Positions 6,416-15,929 of a DNA stretch of 19,161 nucleotides are shown here, in pieces. Each line of letters starts with the position of its first letter. Positions within the stretch are counted from its first letter, which is position 1. Position numbers and translations under genes: made by a program. Source of the stretch: a virus (Duplodnaviria; Heunggongvirae; Uroviricota; Caudoviricetes); the IMG/VR virus record IMGVR_UViG_2703718836_000007. One strand, written 5' to 3'. The notes under the pieces are model-generated. The model ran no database searches. It saw nothing but the letters and a program-made list of their open reading frames with translations, and was not told where the DNA came from.

Positions 6416-9267
6416 TATGCAAGCCTCACAATGTAGTTAAATGCGATGTTTTTGACGGTGTTTTCCGCGTTACCAGCAGCGTTAACGGTGATGGTGTGTC
6501 CATGTGAGCCAATCGCAACGGAGTGCGTATGAGCACCAATACCGACAGTATGTGCATGTGCGCCTGCGCTTGCAGCAGTGCCGGACAGCGAGTGGGTATG
6601 AGCACCATCTGATGATGTCTTCCCTGCATTACGAGTCTGGCCACTACCGCTTGTTGTGCTCATAATCCCCGCGCTTAGATTTGAAATCGCGGTATAACCA
6701 TTAGGGAAAATGCTCGTGTTCGTGCCACCAAATGCACCGGAACTCTTGTGTTGGTGCGCACCGGCACTATTTGCGGTCCCGCTAATACTATGGGTATGCG
6801 CCCCGGTGTTATTCGTGGATTTGGTTCCGTAATCAAACGACGATGTGGTTTTCGTCCCCAAATCCGTACTGGATGCGCTGGCGCTGTGGGTGTGCGATTT
6901 AATGCCGTCCTGTTCCTGAGACAATACGGCCCGACCACTGGCAGGTTTGCCCTTAATCGTCCAGCCACGCATATCAGGGATCACGCCTGACGGATAAGCG
7001 GCTGCAAGTTTCGGGTAAGCAGATTTGTCAAAAGTCTGCCCCTGCATCAGGGCATAACCAGACGGAACGGTATCTGATGGCCACGGGATTGGTGCGCCGA
7101 CTGGGTAGCTTTCTGGTGGAAGATTTTTCGAGGTATAAACTTCTGCCCAGCCTTCCTCAAAACCATAACCGTCTCTTGAAGAACGGTAGAACAGACCACC
7201 ATTTCTGTAATGCGCCTTCATCTGCAGGGTCCGGCAACTTCCGACTCCGGTATAGAAGTTAACCAGAATATAGCTGTCGCCAGAGCGGGTGACATTGTAA
7301 GCGCCTGATTCGGCATTCCAGGGAACGCCACCATCCGCATCGGCATATGTATCCGTTGCCCTTCTGGCAAAAGCAGCCACATGCGCGGCGGTTAAAGTAA
7401 TATCTTTGGAACCATCAAATGGAACACCGGATATTTTTCTTGCAGTCTGGAGTTTTGTAGCAGTTGCAGCATTACCAGTGGTGTTCTGATTACCCGTAGT
7501 GTTTACACCTGGAAGGTTAATATTTGCAGAACCGTCGAAAACAACTCCACCGATAGATCTTGCCGTCTGCAATTTCGTGGCTGTACTTGCATTACCATTC
7601 AATGAACCAGTTAATCCACCTGTAACAGACAACGGACCTGAAACTGTTCCTCCGGTTGTTGGCAGTGCTCCAATATCTGATGGTGTAGGTTTCTGATGTG
7701 AGCTATACATCGTATAAACAACACCATAGGTAACGCTGGAAGGCTTACTCGCTGAATATGTTGGCGAGGTATAAACAGAAACTGACGCATTTGCAGTACA
7801 ATCCCAATGGATATTTACACTCGTCGCATAATTGCCAATCTCAACGTAAATATCATATGTATCGCCGGATGTGTTGATCCAGGCGAAATTCGTTAATCCG
7901 ACGGCTGTACGCTTCCACAAAGCCCCGGTAATTCCTTTGGGGTTTCCATTGCCTGCTCGTAGAACCAGTTCTGAAATGCCTGCCTGATGTGGGGAACCGA
8001 CGTTGTAACCAGCGCCACCAATCAATGCGATGTAAACGATGGAACTCGCTTGTGGCATGGTAACCGTAGCCAGTTTGAACCACCCAGCCCCGCCAGAGAA
8101 AGACATCGTTACTGAATTTAAAGTACCAATATCTTTCGGCGTTAATGTTATATCCGCAGTCAGTGCTTTTCCGTTAACTTTTCGGTTAGATGGCACCCTG
8201 CTATTCGCATTGTCATTGGCTGCTTTAACTGCTTTTGGCGTTGCGGCCAGCGATTCACTGGTGCTATCAACAGCACTGCTAAGTTTCACAACACCTTTAG
8301 TTGTAAGGCTTGCGTCTTCCATCGCAACTGCACCGGCAATCTCTTCAGCACGATCAGCAGCAGCTTCCGCACGGGTCGCAGCGGATTCAGCAGTAGTTTT
8401 GCTCTGAGATGCCGCCGTCGCACTGCCAGCTGCCTCTGTCGCCTTCGTGGATGCTGTCGTGGCGCTGCCTTTCGCTGCTGATGCCTGTCTGCTCGCCTCA
8501 TCTTTTGAAGCAGACGCAGATGATGCCGATGACGCCGCCGAACTGGCGGACGATGCAGCTGCCATTTTTGAGGATTCTGCACTGGTTTCCGAGGCTTTCG
8601 CGTTCGTTTCGGATGTCTTCGCTGCGGATGCAGACCTCGCTGCTGCGCTGGCCTGTTCAGCGGCTTCGCCAGCCTTCGTTGTGGCTGTTGAAGCAGACGA
8701 TGCGGCGCTTTCTGCCGATTTTCCGGCGGCGGTGGCACTGGCTGAGGCCTGCCCGGCACTTGTTGACGCGGCACTGGCAGACGACGCAGCCGCTGTTTTT
8801 GAGCCTGCCGCAGCCGAGGCGCTCTGTCCCGCTGCCGTTTCAGAAGACCTGGCGTTTGTCTCAGACGTCTTTGCCGCCTTCGCGGAATTGCCTGCCGCCG
8901 TTGCCGAGGAAGCGGCACTACTGGCGCTTGATGATGCGTTCGTTTCTGATGATTTCGCTGCCTCTTTTGAGGCCGCCGCATCCCGGGCTGAGGTGGCTGC
9001 TTCTGACGCCTTCGTGGTCGCGGCGGATGCAGAAGTGGCTGCTGATTGTTGTGACGCTGCCGCATTCGTTTCTGACGTTTTCGCCGCACCGGCACTGGTA
9101 GCTGCCGCGCTTTTTGAGGACTCTGCAGCAGCAGCACTTTTTGCTGCTTCACGGGCCTTTGTCGATGCCGTTCCTGCGCTGGAAGACGCTGACTGAGCCG
9201 ACGACGCGGCCTGTCCGGCTGACGTGCTGGCGGCACGTGCTGAGCCTGCAGCATCGGTTATTACCAC
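6415..9267 (-). CDS. stf: Side tail fiber protein Stf (lambda/Rac-like), N-terminally truncated at a deletion junction; probably non-functional
   Basis: C-terminus [31 protein letters not shown] and the HxH-rich region match lambda Stf. Long Ala/Ser/Thr-rich reiterated segment (KTSETNA units). The ORF opens with GTG at the junction; the canonical Stf N-terminal ~140 aa are missing. Confidence 0.75.
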   Translation of the reverse strand: MVITDAAGSARAASTSAGQAASSAQSASSSAGTASTKAREAAKSAAAAESSKSAAATSAGAAKTSETNAAASQQSAATSASAATTKASEAATSARDAAASKEAAKSSETNASSSASSAASSATAAGNSAKAAKTSETNARSSETAAGQSASAAAGSKTAAASSASAASTSAGQASASATAAGKSAESAASSASTATTKAGEAAEQASAAARSASAAKTSETNAKASETSAESSKMAAASSASSAASSASSASASKDEASRQASAAKGSATTASTKATEAAGSATAASQSKTTAESAATRAEAAADRAEEIAGAVAMEDASLTTKGVVKLSSAVDSTSESLAATPKAVKAANDNANSRVPSNRKVNGKALTADITLTPKDIGTLNSVTMSFSGGAGWFKLATVTMPQASSIVYIALIGGAGYNVGSPHQAGISELVLRAGNGNPKGITGALWKRTAVGLTNFAWINTSGDTYDIYVEIGNYATSVNIHWDCTANASVSVYTSPTYSASKPSSVTYGVVYTMYSSHQKPTPSDIGALPTTGGTVSGPLSVTGGLTGSLNGNASTATKLQTARSIGGVVFDGSANINLPGVNTTGNQNTTGNAATATKLQTARKISGVPFDGSKDITLTAAHVAAFARRATDTYADADGGVPWNAESGAYNVTRSGDSYILVNFYTGVGSCRTLQMKAHYRNGGLFYRSSRDGYGFEEGWAEVYTSKNLPPESYPVGAPIPWPSDTVPSGYALMQGQTFDKSAYPKLAAAYPSGVIPDMRGWTIKGKPASGRAVLSQEQDGIKSHTHSASASSTDLGTKTTSSFDYGTKSTNNTGAHTHSISGTANSAGAHQHKSSGAFGGTNTSIFPNGYTAISNLSAGIMSTTSGSGQTRNAGKTSSDGAHTHSLSGTAASAGAHAHTVGIGAHTHSVAIGSHGHTITVNAAGNAENTVKNIAFNYIVRLA
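8370..9265. repeat. Reiterated low-complexity coding repeats (Ala/Ser/Thr-rich, recurring KTSETNA units) inside stf
   Basis: Direct reading of the stf translation. This segment generates three long spurious shadow ORFs in other frames. Confidence 0.7.
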
Positions 9268-10117
9268 TTCCCGGATCGCTATACGCTATTCCGTTAAAGA
9301 TAATGGGCGGAATAATGATTTGACGGTCAAAGTTATGATCATCGCTGATGGTGACTGTAACCGTCCCGTTTGGTGTTTCCGTATTACCCCACGTACCAGC
9401 CTGTTTCGGGAATGATTTGGATACAGCTTTAACGAAGTCACCTCTGACCTGAGTCGCCTCCAGCATGCCCTTAATCGTACAGTTTTCATTTACCGTGACA
9501 TTGTTGAGCGTCCCGGCGTTCGCATTCACACTGCCACTGATATCCGCATTTTTAGCGGTCAGCTTTCCGTCCGGTGTCAGGGAAAATGCCGGTGGATTTC
9601 CACCGCTGGTAATGGTGGGGGCCGTCAGGCGTTTCAGGAACACGTCGTTCATGAATATCTGATCGCCCTGACCAACAAACATCGGTTTTGTGTTGCCATT
9701 CGCAGGATTAACCATCGCAATCCTGTCCGCCGCCAGCAGCACCTGACTCTGCATGCCGTCAGGGGTGTTCTCAATATCCACGATGGCCTCTTTTTCCGGT
9801 ACATGCTGCACGGCGGTGATGGCATACGTGCCGTCGTCGTTCTCACGGATACTCACGCAGCGGAACAGGCGCTGGCGCAACGTCGGCAGCTTCAGCCCCC
9901 ATACGCTGTATTCAGCAACGCCGTCAGGAACACGGCTCACTTTCACCTTCACGCCGTCGGTGACGGACTGAACCTCCACGCTGACCGGACTCCCCTGCCC
10001 GTCAACCAGGCTTATCAGCGTGGTGCCGGAAGATGGCAGCGTGATTTCACGGTCGAGCGTCAGCGTCCGGGTCTGGCTGTTTACCGCCAGCACGCGCCCG
10101 CCGGTGCGGATACCCAA
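9149..10117 (-). pseudogene. Fragment of the lambda J-like tail tip host specificity protein
   Basis: Translation [25 protein letters not shown]...[15 protein letters not shown]...[43 protein letters not shown]...DDHNFDRQI matches internal and C-terminal J segments. J is over 1100 aa and only about 270 aa are present. The frame then runs out of register across the stf 5' end. Confidence 0.8.
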
Positions 10118-10335
10118 GCTGGAGTGGCGAACGTTTTACCCTTGCTGATGAGGTATTCACTGATTTCGCTGTACCACATGTGGCTGAGTGCATTCTGGGA
10201 AAGACTGCGTCTCTCGCGCCACGGTTTAAGCACCATGCGAAAGCATTTGCCGTCCTCCAGATAAGGCTGGATCTGCCGACCGATAGCGGTGAAGTTACCG
10301 CGATGCAATTTGATACCATCTTGTGGGAGGTTCAC
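10081..10335 (-). pseudogene. NinB/YbcN-family protein, N-terminal fragment fused by deletion to the J fragment
   Basis: 84-aa ORF with RSLSQNALSHMWYSEIS, resembling the NinB RSLDQN motif and YbcN-like N-termini. Homology ends at about 10095, where J homology begins. Confidence 0.55.
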
Positions 10336-10529
10336 GCTTCACCTCCGCAGAGATCAAACGCTGGATGCAAAATATCGCAGGTGCATTTCTGCATCTGTGA
10401 ATGGAGAAGAGAGGTTGGATTGTATGTGCGCATAAACGTCCCCGTTTAGCGCAGAAGTCACCGGAGTTGTTCAGGCCCCAATGGCATGATTATGGCTGGT
10501 TGATTATTGGAAATCAAATGTGCTGAAAA

Positions 10530-11039
10530 TTAGTCTGCCAAGTCTTCCTCAGTCGCAACTGGGTAATTCCAAATATCAAAAAAAGCTATAGCCTCCTGCC
10601 ATTTGCTCCATAAGTTATCAAGTACTTGTGTAGGTTCCGTACTTTTAAAAACAGAATCAGCCGCATCACCGTTATGAACTTCCTCGTACAGTTCCATTAT
10701 TAGCAGATTAACAAAGTACTGTTTCAACATTAATGCCTGATTACCTTCTTTCTGCTGGCTATCCTGCTTGATGATCTCCATCGCCCGTACTAGGCACCTG
10801 ATGATATCCGCTGCATCATTAACGCTCCATTCAGATCCGCGCTTATCTTTAGCTGATGAATTGGCTCTCTCAGCGCAAGCCTTTAAAGACTCATAAAGGT
10901 AAACTCTATTTTGTAGCTGCAGCGCTTTTTTTGACGTGTACCAACTTGCAAGCGCCGACCCCGCTGCGGCTAATGTGCCAAACGCAGAAATACCTGCTGC
11001 TATTGCACTTAAGTCGGCACTGTCAAAGTTCCACATCAT
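10530..11039 (-). CDS. Uncharacterised protein with a single predicted N-terminal transmembrane anchor
   Basis: 169 aa. Hydrophobic segment LSAIAAGISAFGTLAAAGSALASWY at residues ~10-34, followed by an acidic soluble domain. SD-like aaggtg upstream and an AT-rich promoter-like region at 11040-11297. No homolog recognised. Confidence 0.55.
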   Translation of the reverse strand: MMWNFDSADLSAIAAGISAFGTLAAAGSALASWYTSKKALQLQNRVYLYESLKACAERANSSAKDKRGSEWSVNDAADIIRCLVRAMEIIKQDSQQKEGNQALMLKQYFVNLLIMELYEEVHNGDAADSVFKSTEPTQVLDNLWSKWQEAIAFFDIWNYPVATEEDLAD

Positions 11040-11297
11040 CGTTACACCTTATATAAATACCCCTCAGTAATATCCAATAAGGTATGTGCACAATCAATAT
11101 AATTTTATCCGTATCGGCACATAGCGATTTGAACGCTACTGGTAATGGTATATTTTAGATTATATCGTCCAGTTTACAGCACCCGTATTTTATGAAATGG
11201 ACTCGCATATTACCCAAAAAATGCCAGCACTTCCGTCATCGTAGAATGCTGGCAGTATTTCTAACTAGTGACTTTATTGGAACAGATTCTGACGGAA

Positions 11298-11597
11298 TTA
11301 TGGTAACACTCGACTCCACTTATCATCCAGCCACGGCTGGAATTTTACATGTGCCGTTTCTCTGGCGAGGATTGCTCGCGCTCTGTTGAGTATCTGGGGA
11401 TATTCTTGCTCGATAGAAGTAAAGCGGCCGGCTTCGCGGTGCTCCGCAACCTGAAGTAGTGGAGTAACGTTCTGGCAGGCAGTTAACATCACATCACCTG
11501 CTCGCCATAACCAAGCACGTGCACAAAGTTTGTTATCAGTGAATTGTTTTGTGATTGGGTATTGTTGAACTGCTAGAACGAGAACGCCAGCATCCAT
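11298..11597 (-). CDS. Hypothetical protein, 99 aa
   Basis: ORF with a moderate RBS. Sits where DLP12-type prophages carry ybcL/ybcM. No recognisable motif; could be a gene fragment. Confidence 0.35.
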   Translation of the reverse strand: MDAGVLVLAVQQYPITKQFTDNKLCARAWLWRAGDVMLTACQNVTPLLQVAEHREAGRFTSIEQEYPQILNRARAILARETAHVKFQPWLDDKWSRVLP

Positions 11598-11708
11598 TGG
11601 CAGTCCCTATAGTAAAACCATAGCTCAGGACGCTTCGTTCAGGATAGATAATTTTATTGTACTTACCTAACTTTCTTACTATAGCACGGTTGAAAAAGTG
11701 ATTATTAC

Positions 11709-13235
11709 TCAAAAATAAACCTCACCATCAACCATATATTTGAGAGTACTTATCGCCTGCTGGGCGGATATTGTTTTCATTAAAGGATAGTGTTTAAAAA
11801 CAATGCCATTCATAAAATAGATATCACAGGTTTTATTATCTGTATTGATTATGATTTTTTCGAATGTTTTATAGGCAAGTGTACGACATAGCTCTCGCCC
11901 ATTTTTACTGGTTAAGTCAATAGCATGAAAATCACCAAGTGAACTCACCGCTTTACTCTTCAAAGTTTTTAATGATACAGAAGCCCTTCGTAATTCCTTA
12001 TCTAATACTCTGATTTTTTCTGCTATAGCGGTAACTTCAGGCGCAACAGATAATGCAGCAATTAAATTATTAATTTTCATCTGGAGCTCAATAATTTTCA
12101 ACTCTAAAGTTTCATTAGCATCTTTCTTGTTTTCAACTGGTTGGATTTTACTACAATTAAAAAGCAACTCATTAATGATATTATAATCAACCAAATCTCT
12201 CTTTATTGATGGCCTGTCACATCGATGCAGTCTTCTCATCGGACAAACATAATAGCCATGCAAACTTCCAGATACCGCATGAACAATCATGGTATTACCA
12301 CAAGCCTCGCACTTCATAACTGTTCGAAGTAGATTTATCAACATAGGATTTTTGCTACTATTGCTAATACCAAAAGGTGCCAACCGAATTTCCTGCACAG
12401 CGTAAAACAAATCATCTGATATGACTCTGGGATAATAGCCAGCGATTTCACTTATTCCTTTACCTCTTGCACGATATGAAGGTACGCATATACCTATCAG
12501 AGCTTTATTCGCTAATAATTTTTCAATTACAGAAGGTCCCCATGCACTTTCTTTTCCTGAGAAATTCTTTACAGCATGATCATTTAAATACTTGGCTATT
12601 GCATTCAATGAGCGCCTTTCCATCCTGAGTTTAAAAATTAGCTCAATAGTTTTCACCCTGTCGGGGTCTGGAACAAAAGCCGTTCTTTTGTCATCCAATG
12701 AGAGCCATCTCGGACAAGACGCCGTCATAATCGTGCCTGACTCCAGTGCATCCTGCCGTTTTTTCTTCCATGATAATTTAACCCGACTTGACTTTATCTC
12801 GCTTTCTTCATTTGCCCTTTGTGCTATAAGTATGGCTTTTATTAATGAATATGGCTCATTCAATGAGTCAATATTATAGACTGTATTATCGCAAAGAGTT
12901 ATAACATCAATACCGTGATTCAAAATCAATTTCAGACGCTCAATCGCCTCACCGACTTTTTCTCTTGAAAGTCTGTCCAGACTTTCAACTAACAATGTAG
13001 TCCCTGGCAATATATAACCATGTTCTATAGCATCTAAAAATTCCGAAAAAGCTCCTGATTGTGCATGCTTTCCATTGAATGCGCTTAACCCCAAATCTTC
13101 ATACGTTACGGTATCAAGGTAATAATCACTATTTACCTTTAGCCATTCAGTAATAAGCCTTCTCTGGCGGTTTAATGAATCACCAGACATCTGACTTGGT
13201 GATGAAAATCGCATATATGCTATGGCTTTTTTCAT
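11709..13235 (-). CDS. ybcK: Large serine recombinase (YbcK-like, resolvase/invertase N-terminal catalytic domain)
   Basis: 508 aa. N-terminal AIAYMRFSSPSQ serine-recombinase catalytic motif. Low GC. Downstream of emrE, as in the DLP12 emrE-ybcK arrangement I recall. Confidence 0.75.
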   Translation of the reverse strand: MKKAIAYMRFSSPSQMSGDSLNRQRRLITEWLKVNSDYYLDTVTYEDLGLSAFNGKHAQSGAFSEFLDAIEHGYILPGTTLLVESLDRLSREKVGEAIERLKLILNHGIDVITLCDNTVYNIDSLNEPYSLIKAILIAQRANEESEIKSSRVKLSWKKKRQDALESGTIMTASCPRWLSLDDKRTAFVPDPDRVKTIELIFKLRMERRSLNAIAKYLNDHAVKNFSGKESAWGPSVIEKLLANKALIGICVPSYRARGKGISEIAGYYPRVISDDLFYAVQEIRLAPFGISNSSKNPMLINLLRTVMKCEACGNTMIVHAVSGSLHGYYVCPMRRLHRCDRPSIKRDLVDYNIINELLFNCSKIQPVENKKDANETLELKIIELQMKINNLIAALSVAPEVTAIAEKIRVLDKELRRASVSLKTLKSKAVSSLGDFHAIDLTSKNGRELCRTLAYKTFEKIIINTDNKTCDIYFMNGIVFKHYPLMKTISAQQAISTLKYMVDGEVYF

Positions 13236-13427
13236 GGTGACACCTGCTAAAGTATGCTTTTATAAACCTTAGTGGTGAGATATGATTTTTGTTTAATTTT
13301 TATTTAAAAAGACAATTAAGGTCACATTATCTTGAATATACAACAATAATCGTATTGCAATTTTCTTACACCATAATCTTGAAAGCACAAAAGAATGAAT
13401 AAAAACTAAAGACATTAACAAAAAGCA

Positions 13428-13462
13428 TAAAACGAGGCCCATATAAATATACGAGCCTCCAT
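13428..13462 (-). terminator. Candidate rho-independent terminator downstream of emrE
   Basis: Imperfect hairpin (gaggc...atat / atat...gcctc) followed by a U-rich tract on the minus strand. Confidence 0.3.
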
Positions 13463-13490
13463 ATTTTAGTCGTTTAAAAACAAATTATTT

Positions 13491-13823
13491 TTAATGTGGT
13501 GTGCTTCGTGACAATAAATTAATAACCAACACACCGGCACAAATCAACATCATGCCTATAATGGCTGGCAGGTCCAACCGTTGGCCGAAAAATCCCCATG
13601 ATAGTAAGCTAATCAGGACAATACCGACTCCTGACCAGATAGCATAAGCAATCCCTGTAGGAATATAAGCCAGCGTCTGAGCTAATAACCAGAATGATGC
13701 ACAATAACAAATAATTGTACCAACAGATGGCCATAACCGTGTAAAACCTTCTGAAAACTTCATTAAGGTTGTACCAATGACCTCTGCAAGTATTGCACCA
13801 CCAAGATAAATATAAGGATTCAT
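13491..13823 (-). CDS. emrE: Small multidrug resistance (SMR) efflux transporter EmrE
   Basis: MNPYIYLGGAILAEVIGTTLMKFSEGFTRLWPSVGTIICYCASFWLLAQTLAYIPTGIAYAIWSGVGIVLISLLSWGFFGQRLDLPAIIGMMLICAGVLVINLLSRSTPH, 110 aa from the internal Met, which has an aggaaag RBS. The longer ORF-track start is an artefact. Confidence 0.9.
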   Translation of the reverse strand: MNPYIYLGGAILAEVIGTTLMKFSEGFTRLWPSVGTIICYCASFWLLAQTLAYIPTGIAYAIWSGVGIVLISLLSWGFFGQRLDLPAIIGMMLICAGVLVINLLSRSTPH

Positions 13824-13890
13824 AGCATATTCTTTCCTGTTCAAACTGGAGAGAATTGTACTACAGTTTGAACTCAACTCACCTGTTTCA

Positions 13891-14193
13891 TCATTGTGTA
13901 CCCATTGATGTTCTTTTATATACCCTCAATACCCGTTTCATCGCGGCACTCTGGCGACACTCCTTAAAAATCAAATTCGTGCTCACCTTTCCTTCCCATT
14001 CTTCTCTGGTAGCGAACCGATAATACACCGTTCGCCAGACCTTACCATCAACGACTAGGATTCCTGCCCGCGCCATTTTAGCCGCAGCCTGATTTATGCT
14101 GGTTACCGTTGCGCCTGTTACCGCGGCAACGTCCTGCGCACAGAATTTCTTATGAGTCCCCAGGTAATGAATAATTGACTCTTTGCCCGTCAT
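13891..14193 (-). CDS. ren: Ren protein (lambda Ren-like, Rex exclusion escape)
   Basis: MTGKESIIHYLGTHKKFCAQDVAAVTGATVTSINQAAAKMARAGILVVDGKVWRTVYYRFATREEWEGK... matches lambda Ren. Start overlaps the P stop. Confidence 0.85.
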   Translation of the reverse strand: MTGKESIIHYLGTHKKFCAQDVAAVTGATVTSINQAAAKMARAGILVVDGKVWRTVYYRFATREEWEGKVSTNLIFKECRQSAAMKRVLRVYKRTSMGTQ

Positions 14194-14891
14194 ACCCTTG
14201 CTCCTTTCAGCCCAAACTTAGCTTTGATTTCTGCGATCTTCGCCAGAGCCTGTGCACGATTTAGAGGTCTACCGCCCATGACAGGAAGTTGTTTTACTGG
14301 TTCAGGTATAGCCTCACCACGGTTAATTCGTGCGGTCATACAGGACAGTTCATCGGCAGCCTTGCGCCGTAATTCCGCGTCAGTCAACGCATTGGCCCGC
14401 ATGTTCTGATACAGGTTGGTAACCAGCCAGTAGTGCGCGTTTGATTTCCACGGATAAGACTCTGCATCCGGATACAGCCCGCGCTTCCGGCAATACTCGT
14501 AAACCATATCAACCAGCTCGCTGGCGTTTGGCAGCCCGGCGGTAACGGATGCTTCTTCCCGGCACCAGGCGACAAACTGCCCGGGTGATGGCAGGAATGG
14601 TCGATTCTGCCGACGGGCTACGCGCATTCCAGCGTTAACCTGTTCCATTGTGGTGATCCCGTTTTCCCGAAAAGCCAGCACCCACTGGCGGCGGATTTCG
14701 TTCAGTTCATTCTGGTCACGGTTAGCCAGGCTCGCCGGGAAAGTTGCCAGTAACTGGCTGAACACACCGTTGATGATCTGCGCTACCTGCTGTACCTGTG
14801 GCTTTTCGTCGTACTGTTCCGGCATGTTGTTGGCGATCCGACGCATCTGCTCACGGTCAAAGTTAACCATCTGTGCGGCGATGTTTTTCAT
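14190..14891 (-). CDS. P: Replication protein P (DnaB helicase loader), full length
   Basis: 233 aa, MKNIAAQMVNFDREQMRRIANNMPEQYDEKPQVQQVAQIINGVFSQLLATFPASLANRDQNE..., near-identical to lambda P. Confidence 0.9.
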   Translation of the reverse strand: MKNIAAQMVNFDREQMRRIANNMPEQYDEKPQVQQVAQIINGVFSQLLATFPASLANRDQNELNEIRRQWVLAFRENGITTMEQVNAGMRVARRQNRPFLPSPGQFVAWCREEASVTAGLPNASELVDMVYEYCRKRGLYPDAESYPWKSNAHYWLVTNLYQNMRANALTDAELRRKAADELSCMTARINRGEAIPEPVKQLPVMGGRPLNRAQALAKIAEIKAKFGLKGARV

Positions 14892-15120
14892 AGATCCACC
14901 CCGTAAATCCAGTCAGTGTTTGTCAGGTCGAGTTTTGGTTTGCCGACTGTCACGCCAGCCTGTTGCTTGTTCCGGTTGATTTCGAGCTGGGTCCACTTGT
15001 CGCGGAGTTTGGCCGGACTCAGCACGTTACCGGACCAGAAGTTGTCCTGGCAGGCCCAGCGGAACAGTACACACATGTCGCGGTGGTTACGTCCATCACG
15101 TTCACGCATCAGACGGATAT
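14888..15120 (-). pseudogene. Replication initiator O, C-terminal fragment only (N-terminal origin-binding domain and ori deleted)
   Basis: Translation ends ...[15 protein letters not shown], overlapping the P start as in lambda. The upstream part of the ORF-track ORF is just antisense of exo. The upper boundary is approximate. Confidence 0.6.
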
Positions 15121-15121
15121 C

Positions 15122-15778
15122 GTTACCGGGATCGACGTGAGAGCTGTCGAACAGGGGGATGATGCGTGGCACAAATTACGGCTCGGCGTCATCACCGCTT
15201 CAGAAGTTCACAACGTGATAGCAAAGCCCCGCTCAGGAAAGAAGTGGCCTGACATGAAAATGTCCTACTTCCACACCCTGCTTGCCGAGGTTTGCACCGG
15301 TGTGGCTCCGGAAGTTAACGCTAAAGCACTGGCCTGGGGAAAACAGTACGAGAACGACGCCAGAACCCTGTTTGAGTTCACTTCCGGCGTAAATGTTATT
15401 GAATCCCCGATCATCTATCGCGACGAAAGTATGCGCACCGCCTGCTCTCCCGATGGTTTATGCAGTGACGGCAATGGCCTTGAACTGAAATGCCCGTTTA
15501 CCTCCCGGGATTTCATGAAGTTCCGGCTCGGTGGTTTCGAGGCCATAAAGTCGGCTTACATGGCCCAGGTGCAGTACAGCATGTGGGTGACGCGAAAAGA
15601 TGCCTGGTACTTTGCCAACTATGACCCGCGTATGAAGCGTGAAGGCCTGCATTATGTCGTGGTTGAGCGGGATGAAAAGTACATGGCGAATTTTGACGAG
15701 ATGGTGCCGGAGTTCATCGAAAAAATGGACGAGGCACTGGCTGAAATTGGTTTTGTATTTGGGGAGCAATGGCGATGA
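15122..15778 (+). pseudogene. exo: Lambda exonuclease (Red alpha / Exo), 5'-truncated at a deletion junction with no native start codon
   Basis: [85 protein letters not shown]...[15 protein letters not shown] matches lambda Exo from residue ~10 to the end. The first ~9 codons are replaced by antisense O/P sequence. Confidence 0.8.
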
Positions 15779-15929
15779 CGCATCCTCACGATAATATCCG
15801 GGTAGGCGCGATCACTTTCGTCTACTCCATTACAAAGCGAGGCTGGGTATTTCCCGGCCTTTCTGTTATCAGAAATCCACTGAAAGCACAGCGGCTGGCT
15901 GAGAAGATAAATAACAAACAGGAGGATAT

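Noticed and set aside
8286-9254. Long ORFs in alternative frames across the stf repeat region (8286..9254 minus, 8409..9101 plus, 8447..9196 plus) with Arg/Gln/Pro-rich or Ala/Asp-rich translations
   Set aside because: They overlap the well-supported Stf frame and have extreme low-complexity composition. They are frame shadows of the GC-rich reiterated codons, not genes.
8370-9265. Possible CRISPR array suggested by the repetitive DNA
   Set aside because: The repeats are degenerate in-frame coding repeats inside stf with no fixed-length repeat-spacer periodicity. No CRISPR-like array occurs anywhere in the window.
9803-10449. ORFs 9803..10264 plus, 10047..10319 minus and 10180..10449 plus around the ninB/J junction
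   Set aside because: Overlapping alternative frames of the J and NinB-like fragments with no independent support.
13824-13877. Upstream extension of the emrE ORF (MSSNCSTILSSLNRKEYA...) in the ORF track
   Set aside because: EmrE is 110 aa beginning MNPYIYLGG, and the internal ATG has a proper RBS. The extension is an artefact of longest-ORF calling.
14963-15778. 271-aa plus-strand ORF that looks like a full-length Exo with an N-terminal extension
   Set aside because: The first ~53 codons are antisense to the O/P remnant and match nothing. Exo homology begins only at about 15122. I treat this as a 5'-truncated exo pseudogene rather than an intact fusion protein.
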